From Amoebophrya sp. A120 (taxonomy: Eukaryota; Protista; Dinoflagellata): a DNA stretch of 64,000 bases. How positions within the stretch are numbered: the first letter of the stretch is position 1; each line of letters begins with the position of its first letter. This document shows positions 12,227-27,200 of the stretch, piece by piece. The position numbers and the translations under genes are program-made. The stretch spans positions 9,462,625 to 9,526,624 of the forward strand of contig CAJINV010000004.1 in the NCBI GenBank assembly GCA_905178155.1. The letters run 5' to 3'. The notes beneath the pieces were generated by a model. It saw only the letters and a list, made by a program, of their open reading frames with translations, ran no database searches and was not told the DNA's origin.

Positions 12227-15200
12227 ATGCAGGCTACTTCCAGTGCAATCCGCAGCCCGAACTCGTCCGGGCAGCTGCGGCCGCTGCAAATAGGCAGCTC
12301 CGCCGCAACAAGCAGCACGGCACCACGAGGAGTGCTGCCGCCAGGACCAGTAGCAGAACAACTTCCCGCAGGTGGTGCACCGCCAGCCACAACTATGTCC
12401 TCAGGTGGAGCCACAACTATGTCCTCAGGTGTAACATTTTCCCAGGCCGAGCAAGAGTCCGCGATTGCGGCCCGGCTGGACGCCTTGATTGCGGAGCGGG
12501 TGGAAGCGGAGGTCTCCGCGTACGACGAGTATCTTATGCTGCACTTGACAAACCGGTTTAAGGAAAACGAAGAGAAAATTCTCACACTAGTTGAGGACAA
12601 AGTCATGCGGCAACTGGAGGCGTCGGTCGCCCTCGCAGGTGCAGCTGCACATGATCAAGAAAACGCGAAGACCATCACAGCTGAAGACAGCAAATCAGAA
12701 AATATTAAAGCGTCTCGTACGACCGGAACTACGAGAGATCGGTTTTCCATCGTCGACGCGGACGAAGAAAGTGACGAGGCCGAAATGTTATTAAACAGTA
12801 GGCCGAATAATTCGAGGAAAGTAGACACCGCAACGTCTCCTTTACTGGCGGGTGCACCAGGTGACACCAGTGGTTCATCTCCACCATCGTCCACCTACGA
12901 AGCCGCAAGGATTATGCAGGACATGCGGATTTCCGCCATGGAGCGGCAGATCGAGCAGAAATTGCTGAACGAAGAGAACTACGAACCGCAGAAGTATCGT
13001 ACTCGTATAAATTATGCATGACAAGTTCCCTCAGCATGAGAAATAAAATTTGTAATGAGGATTTACCCTGAGAAAAAAATTTGTAATGCATGACTGCAAT
13101 ACGAGTGCGATGCTTTTGCACAGCATAAGAACGTTTTCGAACAGAAGATCACCGCCGAGGTGAGGAGTTTGAAGCAAACGATCGAAAGTATCAACTGCAA
13201 AAGTGTCGTACTCGTCGTAATTGCAATACTGCATGACAAATCTTCTGTTTTACCTGAATCAGCATGACAAATTCCACTCTTTCTTCTGGGCAAATTTGTA
13301 TTGCAATCTATACTAGTAAGTTACTTTTGCAATGCATGGAATGCCATCACAAGCAATTTCAGGAAAGCAGGAAAAAACAGGAGGTCGAGTTGCTGGAGTT
13401 TCAGAAGCGGATGAAGGCCGAGATGGAGATGAAAGGTATTTAAAAACATAAAAAACGAGGATATCCTTATCCATCGATATTCACATATATTAGAGGACTG
13501 CGTTCTTTAAAGATTCATCGTGTACAGTTTTTTCTACCGAAGTTGCTTTTTCACTTTGGTGTATAGTTTCACGCCTTTTAACTGGATCTGATCCTGCATG
13601 ATCCTGCTGGCGATGTATGGAAAACAATGAAAGTAAAAGTTATTTTCATTCATAACAGCCACGCCGATGCCGGACAAGAAACTTTCCGAGATGACATCCA
13701 CAGCTCCTACAACATCCGCGGAGCACGAGAAACTGCAAGCGAAAATTGCGGAGCTCGAAAGCCAGCTTTCCCGAGTCGTCGAAGGAGTCGATGACCGCTT
13801 GCAAGTATGCATTGCAAATATGTCTGGGTCTGGAAACTTGTGATGCAAGGAAGCGAATAGTGAAAGCACTGTAATGCGATCCCCAGCATGACAAGATTTG
13901 CCGTGGTTCTGAGTTGCGTACTTACACCGCATGAGAAACTGCGTTTTTGCATGACAGGCAAGAGGAGCTCTTCGCGGCCACGCAATACAGAGTTCAGAGC
14001 TATGCCAGACTAGCATGACAAATCTTGCAATCTCCCAGACCCAGACACTTTTGCACTTGATAGCAAGATCTAGCGGACGCCTTGGTCAAGCGGGCGAACG
14101 ACAATCAAAAACAAGTAAACGACAAGATCTACAGTTTGACGCAGGCACAAGTATTGACCCGCAGCGTCCTCCGGAAGGAGAACGATGCCAAGCTGCGGAT
14201 GAATCCGCAGGAGGTGGATGCGAAAGTCCGGAAAATTTTGAAAAAGCTCCTCGCCCAGACCTACGTAAAGACGGAAGAGACGACAAGGGAGTCTGCTGCG
14301 ATTGCGGATCATGCGGCGGAGGCGTTCTCGGACGGAGTACTGGAGACTACTACCTTTGAGCGCGCTACAGTGAAGGACGAGGAAGATGACTCAAGAACTG
14401 CGGGAGCAGCTGACGGCGAACTAACAGCACAGCAGAGCAAGAAGCGCGTTCCCAAGGCAGAAGGCGAGGCGCTCGCGGCTGGCAGTGCCGCGGCGCGGGC
14501 ACGATTGTCTGATTTGGAGTCGCGGGCGATGCAGATGCAGCTGCTATCCGCGATGACGGGCGGGAGCAGCAGTGAAGAACTAGAAGGAGCGACAAATAAA
14601 GTGTTCAACAACAGGGCTATCCTCGGCACGATGAAAGGGCAGCAGGAAGACTTTGAGCGGCAGCCCGAGACGAAGAATTCTACAGCAACCGATGGCACGA
14701 TGGCAGGGCAAACGGACGACTTTCACCGTGAGCCGATGACGAAAGTCTCAGCAAGTACAGTGTTGATGGGTGTACTTAAGTAGGTTCATCGTGTAGAAGT
14801 TGGGTTTAAGTAGTACTCAATTCTTCACAAACGATGAAATACTTCTGCTTTTTTTGTTGTTCCGTAGAGTACCGTCGTGAATAATCTTATACGCGATGGT
14901 ATCGCGATGCTTCAATTGCGTAAGCGGCAACTGCAACAGTTAGCCGCATATCATACCATCGTGGACAATATTATCCAGGATGTTGTTGCTGTCAGAAAGG
15001 AGTGCGATTTAAACATCCGTCATCGCAGCATCGTGCAAAACGTTTTGCGCGAGGGTATGCGTTGTGCTTTTATATACGGGCGCTGCTATGCATCAAGGGT
15101 CCATCACACGATACCACCCTGCAAAATATCTTTCAGCAGGTTATGATGCACGTTCCAGAATGATCGCAATTGTCGTATAATCGTGCAGGACATTCTCCAC

Positions 15201-18200
15201 ACCGCTCTTCTGGTTCTGGTGGTGAAGGTTAAGATTAAGCTTCACGTGCAATTTGTTTCTGGTAGAATAACAACAACAAGTGAAAGAACGACCAATCAAA
15301 TTAACCTCGCAGGTTCCGCCCAGCCACAACAAGCAACCAATGCTGACCGTGTCATCGTGCAGCCGCTCGGAGGTTCTTTCGAGCAGCAGCAACCTGCGAA
15401 TATTAACGTGGAAGATCCTCTCGACGTCTTTAACCGCGACTTGATCCAACGCCCGAAATCGATGGCCGCCGAGGCCATGCGGCGCTTCGGGCAGTTTGAC
15501 TCGACGAGCACCGAGGGTGGTGGAAGCAGCGATAGCATTCGACAGTCCTCCGCCGTAGTCCAGGAAGTATATGCATTGCAAATATGTCTGGGTCTCCTGG
15601 AAGAGTGTAACTTATCATGCTACATCTGGATCGTGAAAAAATTCGTGTTGCATGATTACCAAAAGAGGTCCACTTTTGAACATGTTTAGAGGCAGTTTCT
15701 CATGCAGGAAAGGCATGATAGAGATCTCACAGAACCTGTCATGCTAGGCCGTGCATGCCAGACCGCGGGGGTCATGGAAAACCTGCATGACAAACCTGGC
15801 ACTCTTCCAGACCCAGACATTTTTGCAATCCAAAAAGTAGTGCACACGACGATTGCGATCATCGAACCGGTGATTAGGAAGGAACTCGAAATATGAAATG
15901 CAAAAGCATCGTACTAAGTCTAAGTAGTAATCGCATTACAAATTCGCTCAGCATTACAAATGGAATCTCTCATGCTGATCTGCCTTGAGAAAGAGATTTG
16001 TCATACATAATTGCGATTACTACGAGTACAATAGTTCTGCAATGCATACGAAAGACAGGAGAGCAAATTGAGGAGGACGCTGCAGCGAACGCAGAACGAA
16101 GAGGACCTCCAACTTGGAGGAAAAACACCAGACAGTGGATATGAACAAAAGAAGTTTTCCTTCTTCTTACGCGCAAGTTCCCCGCCACCGATCTCTCTCA
16201 CTAGCGAGTTGAAGGCACAGAGGGAGAAAAACAAACTTCTGCGGTCAAAGACAACGCAGCAGTTTCTAGCGACGTATCGAAACCCGAATCCAGTGGTGGT
16301 CCCTTTTGCAGCTGCTTTTGGAGGTGAAAATAAGAATGGCGTGGGACGAGGAGGAGTTGACCAAGATGATACTCCTGGCACCAGCTCAACATCGCAGCAG
16401 AGTAGGGCGGGCACCGACGTGGTTCTGAATTACGCAAAGTCTTCTTCGTCTACCATCGCAGGCAACAGGCTAACGAGTCCGAGAGGGGGCACAACGAGTC
16501 CGAGAGGCACGACGAGTCCGAGAGGCACAACAAGCCCCAGAGGCACCAGTTCAACTCCTCGAGGGACCACCACGCGAGGGGGTGCAGCTTCAGCCTCAGC
16601 TAGTGCAAGTGCTACAACGGTTACAGCCGCTGCGGATAATAACAACTCCGCCGACCGCAGTATGCAGAGCTTTATGGAAGATAAACACGACCACACGAAG
16701 CTCCGCACCACGGCAAAATCGCAGCTGATGGCCGACGCGATCATCGACGCGTATGCTGCATTAGTTCCCACCGAACAGTTCCGTACAACTTTGGAGGATA
16801 TGCATTGCAAAAGTATCGTACTCGTACTAATTGCATTTATGCATTACAAATCTTTTTGTTAAGGCAAATCCGCATTACAAATTTAATTTGTAATGCTAAG
16901 CCAATTTGTAATGCAATTTATACTAGTACGACTACGATGCTTTTGCATTGCATAGAGGATGTGCAAAATAGAAACATGACGGAAGAAGAAGGAGTATCGT
17001 AAAGAAAAATCCCCCCTCCTCATATTGAAAACGCATCCGTCTGAAAATTTGTGATGCACATTTGTGACCTCAAATCTTGTCTGTCTTGCAAGAAGGCAAG
17101 TCCAGAGAGCCTCCTGCATTTTGCAGGCGGTTTGCGATGCTGTTGGGCTTAGAGCATGCACGTTTGTCATGCTAGGCGCCCACGTCAAAACCTCTCCACC
17201 GAGGCTTGACATATGCCTGCAGTCCTCTACTGCAAGACAGATCTTCTGATTTGTGTACGGAAATCCAGCATCAGAAACTTCGTTTCGATATGGGGAGGGG
17301 GGATTTTTCCTCTTGATAAGGAGTGAAGATCTGGCAGGAAGAGGCGCAGAACGTGTTAGCCCGTCAGTCCGTCCGCGAGGTTTTTCTTACCGAAAGACCA
17401 CTATCAAAATGAAAAATCCCCCCTCCCCATTATCAAAATGGAAGTCTGTAATGCGGGATTTGTATACACAAATCATTTTGTCATGCTAAGAGGGAAAAGA
17501 AAAAGATGCGGACTGTAGTGCTGAATGGCGTGGAACAGCCTTGCAGCTACAGCATGACAGGAGGCAGCTGGAAGTGGGAAACAGCATGACAAACTGCCTG
17601 CAAAAGAGGCCGCGACTGCGCCTCTTGGCCTTCTAGCAATACAAGGCGACTTGCGTACTCAAATACAACATCACAAATTTAGTTTTCGATATGGGGCAGG
17701 GGGATTTTTGTTTTTCCTTTTGATAACCAAAAATCCAAGCCTACGTCGACGCGGAAATCGCCCGGGCGCAGGAAGAGGTCGCGGAGGCCGTGCAGACGGC
17801 GATCCTGCAGGAAAGAGCAGTCACGGAGGGAATGCTGGACAAAATGACGCAAGACTTTGGGAGGACGAAAAGCACCAATATTAGAGACAATAGCTCTACT
17901 CTTGCGCAGGAAGATACGCAGCAGCTGCAAATGGAAATAGCAAATAGGACCCGCTTGTTGTCCTCTTCGCAGGCGTCACCACCGGGCGAGGATGTAGTTC
18001 ATGTGGGGGCAAGAGCAGCGGCCGGCGCTTCATCTTCATTTAGGTCCGCTCTACCACCAGTGGAAAATTTGCCAGATCTTGCGAAAAGGTCGCTTGTTCC
18101 GCAGAACTCTCGCACGGGCACGACTGAGTTTGACAATAAGTTCAATGAAATCGCCGCGAAAGTCGGTGATCTGCAAGCGAAGTTTCGGATATGCAGTGCA

Positions 18201-21200
18201 AAAGTATCGTACTCGTATAAATGCGTATACAAACTTCCTCAGCATGAGAAATGAAATTTGTAATGCGGATGTACCTTCAGAAAAAGACTTGTAAATGCAT
18301 GATTGCAATACGAGTAAGATACTTTTGCACAGGATATCGGACACTCGACAGCGACAACAAGCTCGGTGAGGTGGCCGCGAAGGTCGCGGCGCTGGAAGCG
18401 AAGCTGCGCGCGAGGGACAGCCTAGACAAGGAAAACATAACGGAGCAAAGGCGGCTGTCCCGGATGATAGAAAAGCTGAATCGCAGATTGAGCGCCATCA
18501 CGGAAAGTGGAGATAATATTTCTGGCTCAGCTGCGCGCAGCACCACGGGAGGTCCGGACTACGCTGAGCGAGGGCCCTCCATGCTCAGTGCCAGCACGAC
18601 AGGAACGACCACAGGTGCAGCTCCTACTGGCCAGCAAGACGCAGCTCCTGCTGAAGATCTTCTAGATCATGACCATTCGACGCCCGGAGTCCGGTTGACG
18701 CACGCGCCGTACGAGGAGCGCTTGCGGATGCTGGAGGGTTTAGTCACGGAAAAAGTCGAGGATCACGAGAAAAAACAAAAAGAACTTGACGAAAAGATAC
18801 AAAAGCTGGAAAGCAGGAAGGGAGGTTCATCTTCCGGAGACATAGCTGGCCGAGATCGGCGGTCGGGTGGTTTGTTGAAAGGAGATTTTGACAAGCAAAA
18901 ACAACCCGCCATAACATTGAACGAGCCGACAGAATTTTCCAAATGGGCACAGCAGACGCGAACAACTTTGCGAGACTCGAAGTCTGCTATCTTGTCAGAC
19001 GACGGAGGAGCTCGGGATAGCGGAATGACAATGATTGTCGGCGTGGGCGCTACAACTACAGGTATTGCTCCAGCTGCTTCCGGTTCTGCGACAGCTTCAA
19101 GTACTGCTCCATTTGCAGCTACCATTCCGGAGGAACAAAGTGACCGGATGACAACAAAGGCCGCTTCTACTTTGCAGGAGCCTGGCGCTGGTATAACAGG
19201 AACCGACAGCACTGCGGGCGGCCAAGAGGACGACAAAGACCCTGCTGCTCCACGACCTGCCGACGAGGAGCCCGATCATGTCAAGCGAAGAACCCAAGGA
19301 GCGACGACCCCCGGGGCCACTTCTGAGCTTACCGAGCTGTCCGCCCGAATGCAAACGATGATGGAAGAGCAGCATGCAAGTTTTTCCGAGCTGCTTGCCC
19401 GCGCGGCGAGTCAATTTGACGAACTGGACGGGAAGAGCCAGCGGTTGGAGGCGTATCCTGTGCAAAAGTATCGTACTCGTATGAATGCAAGTCTTGCACT
19501 ATTACAAACCTTTTTATTAAGGCACATCAGCATGACAAATTCCATTTCTCATGCTAAGGAAATTCGTATTGCAATTTATACTACTTAGTACGATACTTTT
19601 GCAGTTCATAAGGCGACCGTGGCGGACATTCGCGAACAGTTCCTGAGTTTTGGAAAAAGGAGTGAGAAAAGCATTGCGAAGTTGAACAAGATGGTGCAGC
19701 GCTCGCAAGGGGACACCGACGTGCCGCCGATAAAGGACAGCAGCGTTTTTCTGAGAAGTTCCGCAGATGGAAGTAGTCAGAGTACTAGAGATCGTCCCAC
19801 CAGCGCGAAAGACAGTTCCAATGTTCTTGATTTTGACGCAAACGAGAGAGGGGCGGGGACGGTTGCGGACGTGCGTCAGGAGTTCTTGCGGTCGGGGAAA
19901 GTTCCACCACCAGGTGCGGTGGGGGCAACGATGTCAACATCTCCACGGGGGGGTATGATGGTATCATCGTCTCCAAGAGGCACAATGTCACCGAGAGCAG
20001 GTCGAGGGGCGGCCTCTAGTACGACTTCCCCGAGAGCGGGCACGACAGCACCGAGAGGAGGCACCATGTTGTCACCACGAGGAAACGCCACGATGTCCTC
20101 TCCCCGTGCGGGCGGAGCTACGACATCGCCGAGGGGTCCGACGTCTCCGCGGGGTCCGACAGCAGCAGCGTCGCGAGGGACAATGTCTCCGCGGGGCGGA
20201 ACGATGACGTCGCCGCGAGCAGGGGGAACCACAACCAGCACGACCGGACCACAGCCGGCGGAATCTTCGGCCAGTATTGTAGTTCCTGGAGCACCGCAAA
20301 CACAAATGCACCCTTCTGAAGGCGACAGAGAAACAGCAGCACCATTTCCAGCTAACGATGAAAACAATCTCTTCGCCCCGCTAGAGCAGCGTCTCCAAGC
20401 CGCGGAAAACGCACAGATAGCACAGGCCAAACAACTGCAGGACCGCGTAGACACTTTTGAAGACAAAACGAGATCTCTGGTCCGCGAGGCGTCGAGCCAG
20501 TTGGTGGACTTGTCGGAAGCGCTGACGGAAGCGAAGATGAAGAACGAAAAGCTTGCGAAACAGCTGCAAGCAGCGGAGAACAACCTCGCCGCGCTGCAGC
20601 GGTCAAACGCGATCCGCATTGATACCGTAGACGCGAAGCTGGACGGGGTGATTGGTGTGCAGAAGCAGTTCGTGAGACAATCGCAACTCGACACGGTGGT
20701 GGCGAGCATTACGGACAAGCCGGTTCTTAGTTTGAGTCGTGGCGGACCGGCCGAAGAAGCTTTACATGAAGGACCAGATGGAACAAAAAACAGTAAGAAG
20801 CCGTCAACTGCAGCTATGGCCACAGAGAACGAGGAGTCTGGAGAGCAGGAGAAACCTGGCGCACGTGGCATGAATTCAGACGCAGAGTCGGACATCAATC
20901 ACCCCGGGGAGCCGACACCTCTGCACGTTGCGAGCAAAATGATCACAGCTGCTGAGTCGGCACCTAGAAGCGGAGCAGACCATGTTGGAGCTTCTTCCAC
21001 CTCCGATAGTACTGTCGTGATGCCGATGCTGTTGCAGCTTACCGAATCGGTTGAACATTTAGAGGACGCGATGCGCAACACTTTGCCGGCGGTCCGGGCC
21101 GCGAGTGACCAGGCGCAGACGAAGATTACGGAAATTGACAACGAGAAGAGAACCTTGCAGAACCAAATAGAGGACTTGGAGGCGAAATTGGCAAAGTTGC

Positions 21201-24200
21201 AGCCTTTCGTTGCGAAATTAGACCAGGAGCGACAACTGCAGGAAGAGAAATTGGACGCAGTGGTTAACGCGAAAGTGGCGAAAGCGGAGGAAAAATTAAA
21301 GCAAGTTTTATTGTTGAACGTGAACTCGCCGGGGGCAGGACGAGTAGCAGCCGCCATCGCAACGCCATTGAGCGCCTTGAGCGACAAATTGAGGACGCCG
21401 ATTCAACTTCCGCCTGGGCCGGCTCCGTTGGAGAGCCCAGTGAAACTCCCGTTGCCGGGTGACGATGAAATCTTCCGGGACAAGATTCTACTCGAAGACG
21501 TCCTCGACGAGCAGACTGTGCAACTTCCACCGGATGACGAAAACACAGTGGTTGAACAACAGCCAAAATTATCTTCATTGACGAACACGGGCGCGGCAAA
21601 CGCAAATGGAATAGAACAAGTAAGCACGACCATATCGCTCACCGCATCTATTCCATCCGGAGAAATAAATGCAGCAAATAAAGCTACTATTAGGAGCACC
21701 GAGCAGTATGTGAAGCAGCAACAATCGATCATTCAGTTACAAAATCGGTTGTCTTCTCTCCACAATCAGTTGCTGGAGGGCAGGATGCCTTCGGTCGCTT
21801 TCAAGACGCATTTGAACGAAGTGGAGAACCACTTGGCGAGTGATTTGGACAACTGCGCAAAGGAAAATTTGGATTTGAAAAAACGGGTCTACGAACTCGA
21901 GCACAGCGAGTTGCCGGAAAGGCTGCACAAATTGGAAGAGCAGGCGGGGACTCTTGTTGCCGCAATGGAAAAGCAAAATGCGATTTTAGAGCAGTTGCAG
22001 AAAAATCCTGCAATTACTGGCGCTCCTGAAAGAGCAACTACGACCTCCGTAGTTCCTGCCAAAAATCCCGGCTCCTTCGCCTTCGCCGACGCAGCTACCG
22101 TAAGTACTGATCGCCCCACCGACCACTCCGTAGAATTCGCTCCGGCGCAGCTGCAAGAAGAGATAAACAAGCAGCGGAAAACTCTGCAACAGGAAATCGC
22201 CCAGGTGGAGTCTCAACTGCTCGCCTACGTGGACGGGGCGACCGCTGAACAAGACCACAAAATTCACCCTTTGACGAAGCAGATCGGCGCTTTCCAAGAC
22301 GACATGAACGAGATGAAGTCGAACGTGAAAGAAGCGCTGTGGAAAACCTATACAGCCATGAAGGACGAGGTCAGAGCGGTGAAGGACCAGCTAGCTGGTT
22401 ACGTGAAAAACGCGGAGAAACAGTATGTTGCAAAAAAGGATGTTGAACGAGGTGGAACAAATGAGAATGACCACAACAACTCCGTTGAAATCGTCGACGC
22501 GGTTTTGGCCCTGCTTCCCGATGCGGTTGGTAATGATGCGGCACACGAACAGCAGCAGTCCTCGATCGTGCGCGAAGCGGTGGAGAAGGTAACGCAAAGT
22601 AGAACCACTTCGTCTTTGATCGAGGATGAGGAAGTGTTGAAGGTTCTTGCCAACAAAAATTCCGAGGCAGGAGGGGACAAGGCGCGTGGGCCGACAGCGG
22701 CAGCCAGCACAGAACCACTGCGACAAGAAGATCAGCAAGGTACTGCATCTTCCCCTTCGCCTTCGTCGGCAAAGCGTATCTCCCTCGCAAAGCAGCTCGA
22801 GGAGCAGGAAGCTGTTGTCCGCGATCTCCAAGCGCAAATGCAGGACTTCACGACCAAAATCGATGAAAGGATGAAAGACGCAAGGACGCAGATCAAGGGC
22901 AACATGGGTCGGATTTTAGACTTGGAAGCGGCAGTGAAAAGGACCGACCCCGACGCCGGCGGCGTTGCAACTACAACTAGAAAGTCGTTGGAACAAAGCA
23001 CTTCTTCGGGTCCTCGTCGTAATAAGGAGCAAGACACTGCGACTTCCGAAGATGTTGGAGTTGTTGTAGCATCCACGATCTCCAGCGATGGCAAGAACGA
23101 GAACGACCCACATGTAGTTCCACCGAAGGACCAATTGACCGCGTTTCTGGAAGCCGCGGATCTGATCCACAACGAAGTTCAAACTCTCAGAGACAACATG
23201 GCCGCGGATTTCCAAGCCCTGCACGCGAACCAAAAGCAGGAGGAAGAAGACGCTGCGAGCGGTTTGAAGAAACTGAAAAACGACTTTGACGAGCGGGAGA
23301 AGAATTTTCTGAAAAGGTTAGACGACCTGGAGTTGAAGCTAGAAAAGGAACAGCAACGGTGGAGCGCGGCGAGTACGAGAACTGAGTCTAGTACTGCAGC
23401 ATTAAACGGCGGTGCTAGTATCCAACGAGCCGCGGCGTCAAAACAAGTAGTGTATGAAAAGAAAATCAACGACGTGAAAGCCGTGATGGACCAATTACAA
23501 GCAAATTCGGCCGCTTTGAAGAACGCAATTGACGAGAAAATCGATAGGAGGGAAAAACAGCTAAGGGATATGGTAGAACAGAACTTAGCGAGGTTGCTGC
23601 AACTGGAGGCGACAGTGACGGCGTTGAACGAACAAGCGGCGAGGGCAACGACGTTGAAAAAGCTGCAGGAAAAAGAGCAGGATGGACCACCGTCCAACAA
23701 GCAATCTACTTCCGCAGCCGCTTTGTTCGAAGACGCGCCTGTCATTGCGCCGACGCAAGAGCAAAATCCAAACCTGACGGTAGCTCCAGAACCTTCTACA
23801 GGAGCAGCTGACGGCGCAGCAACCACGCGAACCTTGAAACGCGCGGTCCTGGCTTTGGCAAGCCAGGTCGAGGCGTTGCAGGAAGCGTCCGCAGACACGA
23901 GAAAGAAGGTTAGGAGACTAGCGATTGAGCAGCAACTGCAGGGTGAGCAAATGGAGCAGGAAATTTCGCAGCTTGCCATGTTCGACGTGGTACCCGATGT
24001 CAATAGTGTAGAAAAAGAAATTATCGAAGGTCCGGCGCCGGAGTCTCTTCAATCCGCATCCGCGTTTCAGGAGACGGAAGAGAAGCAAATGGTCAGCTCA
24101 ATCAGGATGGCGACGACCGATGATTTCGTCGAGCAAAACGCGGAGAATGAGCTCGATGTTCTCGAATTGCAACAGGCCGCAAATAAGTCCAGCCACATCG

Positions 24201-27200
24201 GGTTACTGAAGAAAAAAACCGCCGGCGCGAATTTGCAGCAGGAGCAGCAAGCGGCGGCCCTTTCCGACGCGGCACTGAAAGACAAGATTCTCGCACTTTT
24301 TTTGGATGATAGCGAAGAAGGACAGGAACAAGACAGCCACAGTGTGGTTTTGCAGGAGAAGATGGACGAAAAAATCGCGAAGAAAATCGAAGAAAAACTC
24401 TCGGTGGTCTTCCTCGAAGATAAGGAGAACGAAGATGGACGAGGAAACCAAAACATCAACCAGCTCCAGGAGAAGATAGACGAGAAAATCAGCAGAAGAA
24501 TCGAGCAAAAAATGTCTTCCCTCTCTTTCGAAGATTTCAAATCCACCATCCTCCAAGAACAATCCTCGGAGAGAATTTCTCTATCAGAACTGAAGTCCTC
24601 CATCCGAGACCTACAAGAAAGACAGCAGGAGCAAAAGAAATCTTCGGACGTCAAACTCTCTCTATTAGAGGTGCAATCCTCCATCCGAGACCTGCAAGAA
24701 AGACAATCGTCGGCGCTAAAGCTATCCACAGCCTCCTCTACTTCTAGTAGTACCATCGGCCCGCATATCAAATGCAAAAATGTCTGGGTCTGGAAGATTG
24801 CGAGGTTTGTCATGCTTGTCTGGCATGACCAAAAAGTTTGTGATGCGTGTCCAAGAAGAGACCCTTTTGCCTGTCATGCAAAAACGCAGTTTGTCATGCG
24901 AAAAATGCACCACAAAGAAGCGCAAATATTTCTCATGCTTGCCTGTGCATTACAGAGCATTCACTATTCCCAACGCAGCATTACAAGTTTCCAGACCCAG
25001 ACATTTTTGCAGTTGATACCGCAGGAGGCGCAGCAGATAAAATTGGAGCTGTCACAGGAGGTGGAGACGAAGGTTATGGCGTTCTCAACTGTTACATTCT
25101 CAACTGTTACATGAATTTGTGATGCAAGAATGGCAAAACTGAAAGGGGGAAGATTGCGCCTTTTGCATGACAGATTTGGCGCAGATTATCAGCCTGCTCG
25201 GCCCTTCGGGAATTTGTCATGCGAAGCAGCTTAATCATGTCGATTCTGATTGGAACTCTGCATGACAAATCATGTAACAGTTCAGAATGTAATGTTTGAG
25301 AACGCCATAAAGGTAAAGAAGAAACTGGACCGAAGGTTTGATGACATGGAAGAGAACCAGCAAAGGCAAACCAGGGAGTTGCGCGACAAGCTGATCGATT
25401 TGGAGCACGAACTGGCGGAGGAAGCGAAAAAGTTGAAGGAAATTCTGGATGAACACGAAGCGAACAAGCGAAACAGCGCTCTCCCAGGAGTGGGCGCGCT
25501 AGTTTCGATGAGCACAGGGAAGGCGCCGGGAGGGGATGTGGATATCCGACCGGGAGGAACAACTCCAGCTGGAACTGCTGTTCTCGCCGACGAAGACGAC
25601 CAAAACTTCAACTTCGTGTCAGCGAAAGAAGAACTGATCTCGGGCGCAAGGAATGAGCTGAAAGCCGATGTAAAACAGTTTGAGGAAGAGGAGAAACAGA
25701 AAGTCGCTGGACTGGAGAACAAGCTGCAGAAAATGGAAGCCCACTGGGTGAACGAGTGGGGGAAGTTTCGGGGCGATGTGTTCTCGGAGATGGAAAAACT
25801 AGTGAAGGATAAAGTGGAGAACTTGCTGGAGAAAGCGAAGACTGAACTTCTACACGAGAAGGAAAATGCGAATAACGTTAAGAAGGACGACACAAGTCTT
25901 CCTGACGCTGAACTTTCAAACTACAGTATGAATAAAGCGGCTTCCAACAAGAACATTTCCCAAATTCTCGAGTCCGCCACGAATAGGAGTTCCACGCTGT
26001 TAGCAGAGAAGGAAAGACAGCTCGAAGACCTGCTGGATGCGAAATGGAAAAAGTTTGAGCAGAAGGCAAAGGAGCGAGAGAAAGAAATGCAGGACTCGAC
26101 GATGCGAAGGTTGTCTCTCCGGTTGGAAGACGACGTGGAGCACGCGGTGGAGAAGGTGAAAACCCAAGCACTGGGCACGATCTATGGGACTCTCAAACGT
26201 CACATTCTCAACTGTTACATGATTTGTCATGCAAAATGAGCATTAACACCCACAAGGTGAAGCTACTTCGCATGACAAATTTTTGGAAAGGCTAAACAGC
26301 ACCTAAATCTGCGCGGAATTTGTAATGCTACAGGTGCAACCTCCCTGCAGCTTTGACTTTTGCCATTCTTGCATCGCAAATTCATGTAACAGTTGAGAGT
26401 GTAACGTTTGAGAGCGCCATACGATCAAAGACGAAGTCGCGGCGGAAGTGAGCAGGAGCCCGGTGAAGCAGGCTGGTGGCCAAGGTCAGGTGGGCACACA
26501 GGACGAGGAGCCAACGGAACTACAAGAAGGACGACGAGCGGGAGATGATGGTCTTCGTGCTGCTGGCTCTTCGTCGGCTTACCGAGCATCAAAGAAAAAC
26601 ACCGAACTCCAACCCCAGAAGACGCAGGAGCAGGCGGTTTCAATTCTCACTTTTGAGATCGACGAGGCGGAACAGGACCTCATTACCGCCGCTGCAGGTC
26701 TGATGATGGACAGCAAACAAAACACCAAATCCCTCCGACGTATCTTCGAGTCGGTAACACCGCTAGGCGGTCCGGAGAACGCCGTGGGCGATTACAGTAG
26801 TTCATCCAGCAGTGCTGAGGAACGGGAAACGGGTGGCAGTTCTACTACAACTTTTGCAAAGAACACACTCGAGCAAGAATTTCTCCGGCTCGGGGGTTCA
26901 AAGAAGACAAACGTAACAAGAGCGACGGCTGCCAGCGGGGCCGGTGGTCGCGCCGGGATGAAGAGTAGAGAAGTTCAACAGCAAAGTACGTCGAAGATTA
27001 ACGACTACATCGCCGCGAGAATAAACGAGCATCTAGTGCACAGTAAAGACTTGTTGAGCGACCACGCGACGAAGCTGTTGGACGATTTGGATTTGAGTGT
27101 AACGAAAGTAAAAATGAACATGAGCAGGAGCAGTTTAGAAGTCCAACCAGCGGAAAAATACCAGGACAGAAATGACAATTTAGCATCTTCTTCATCACAA

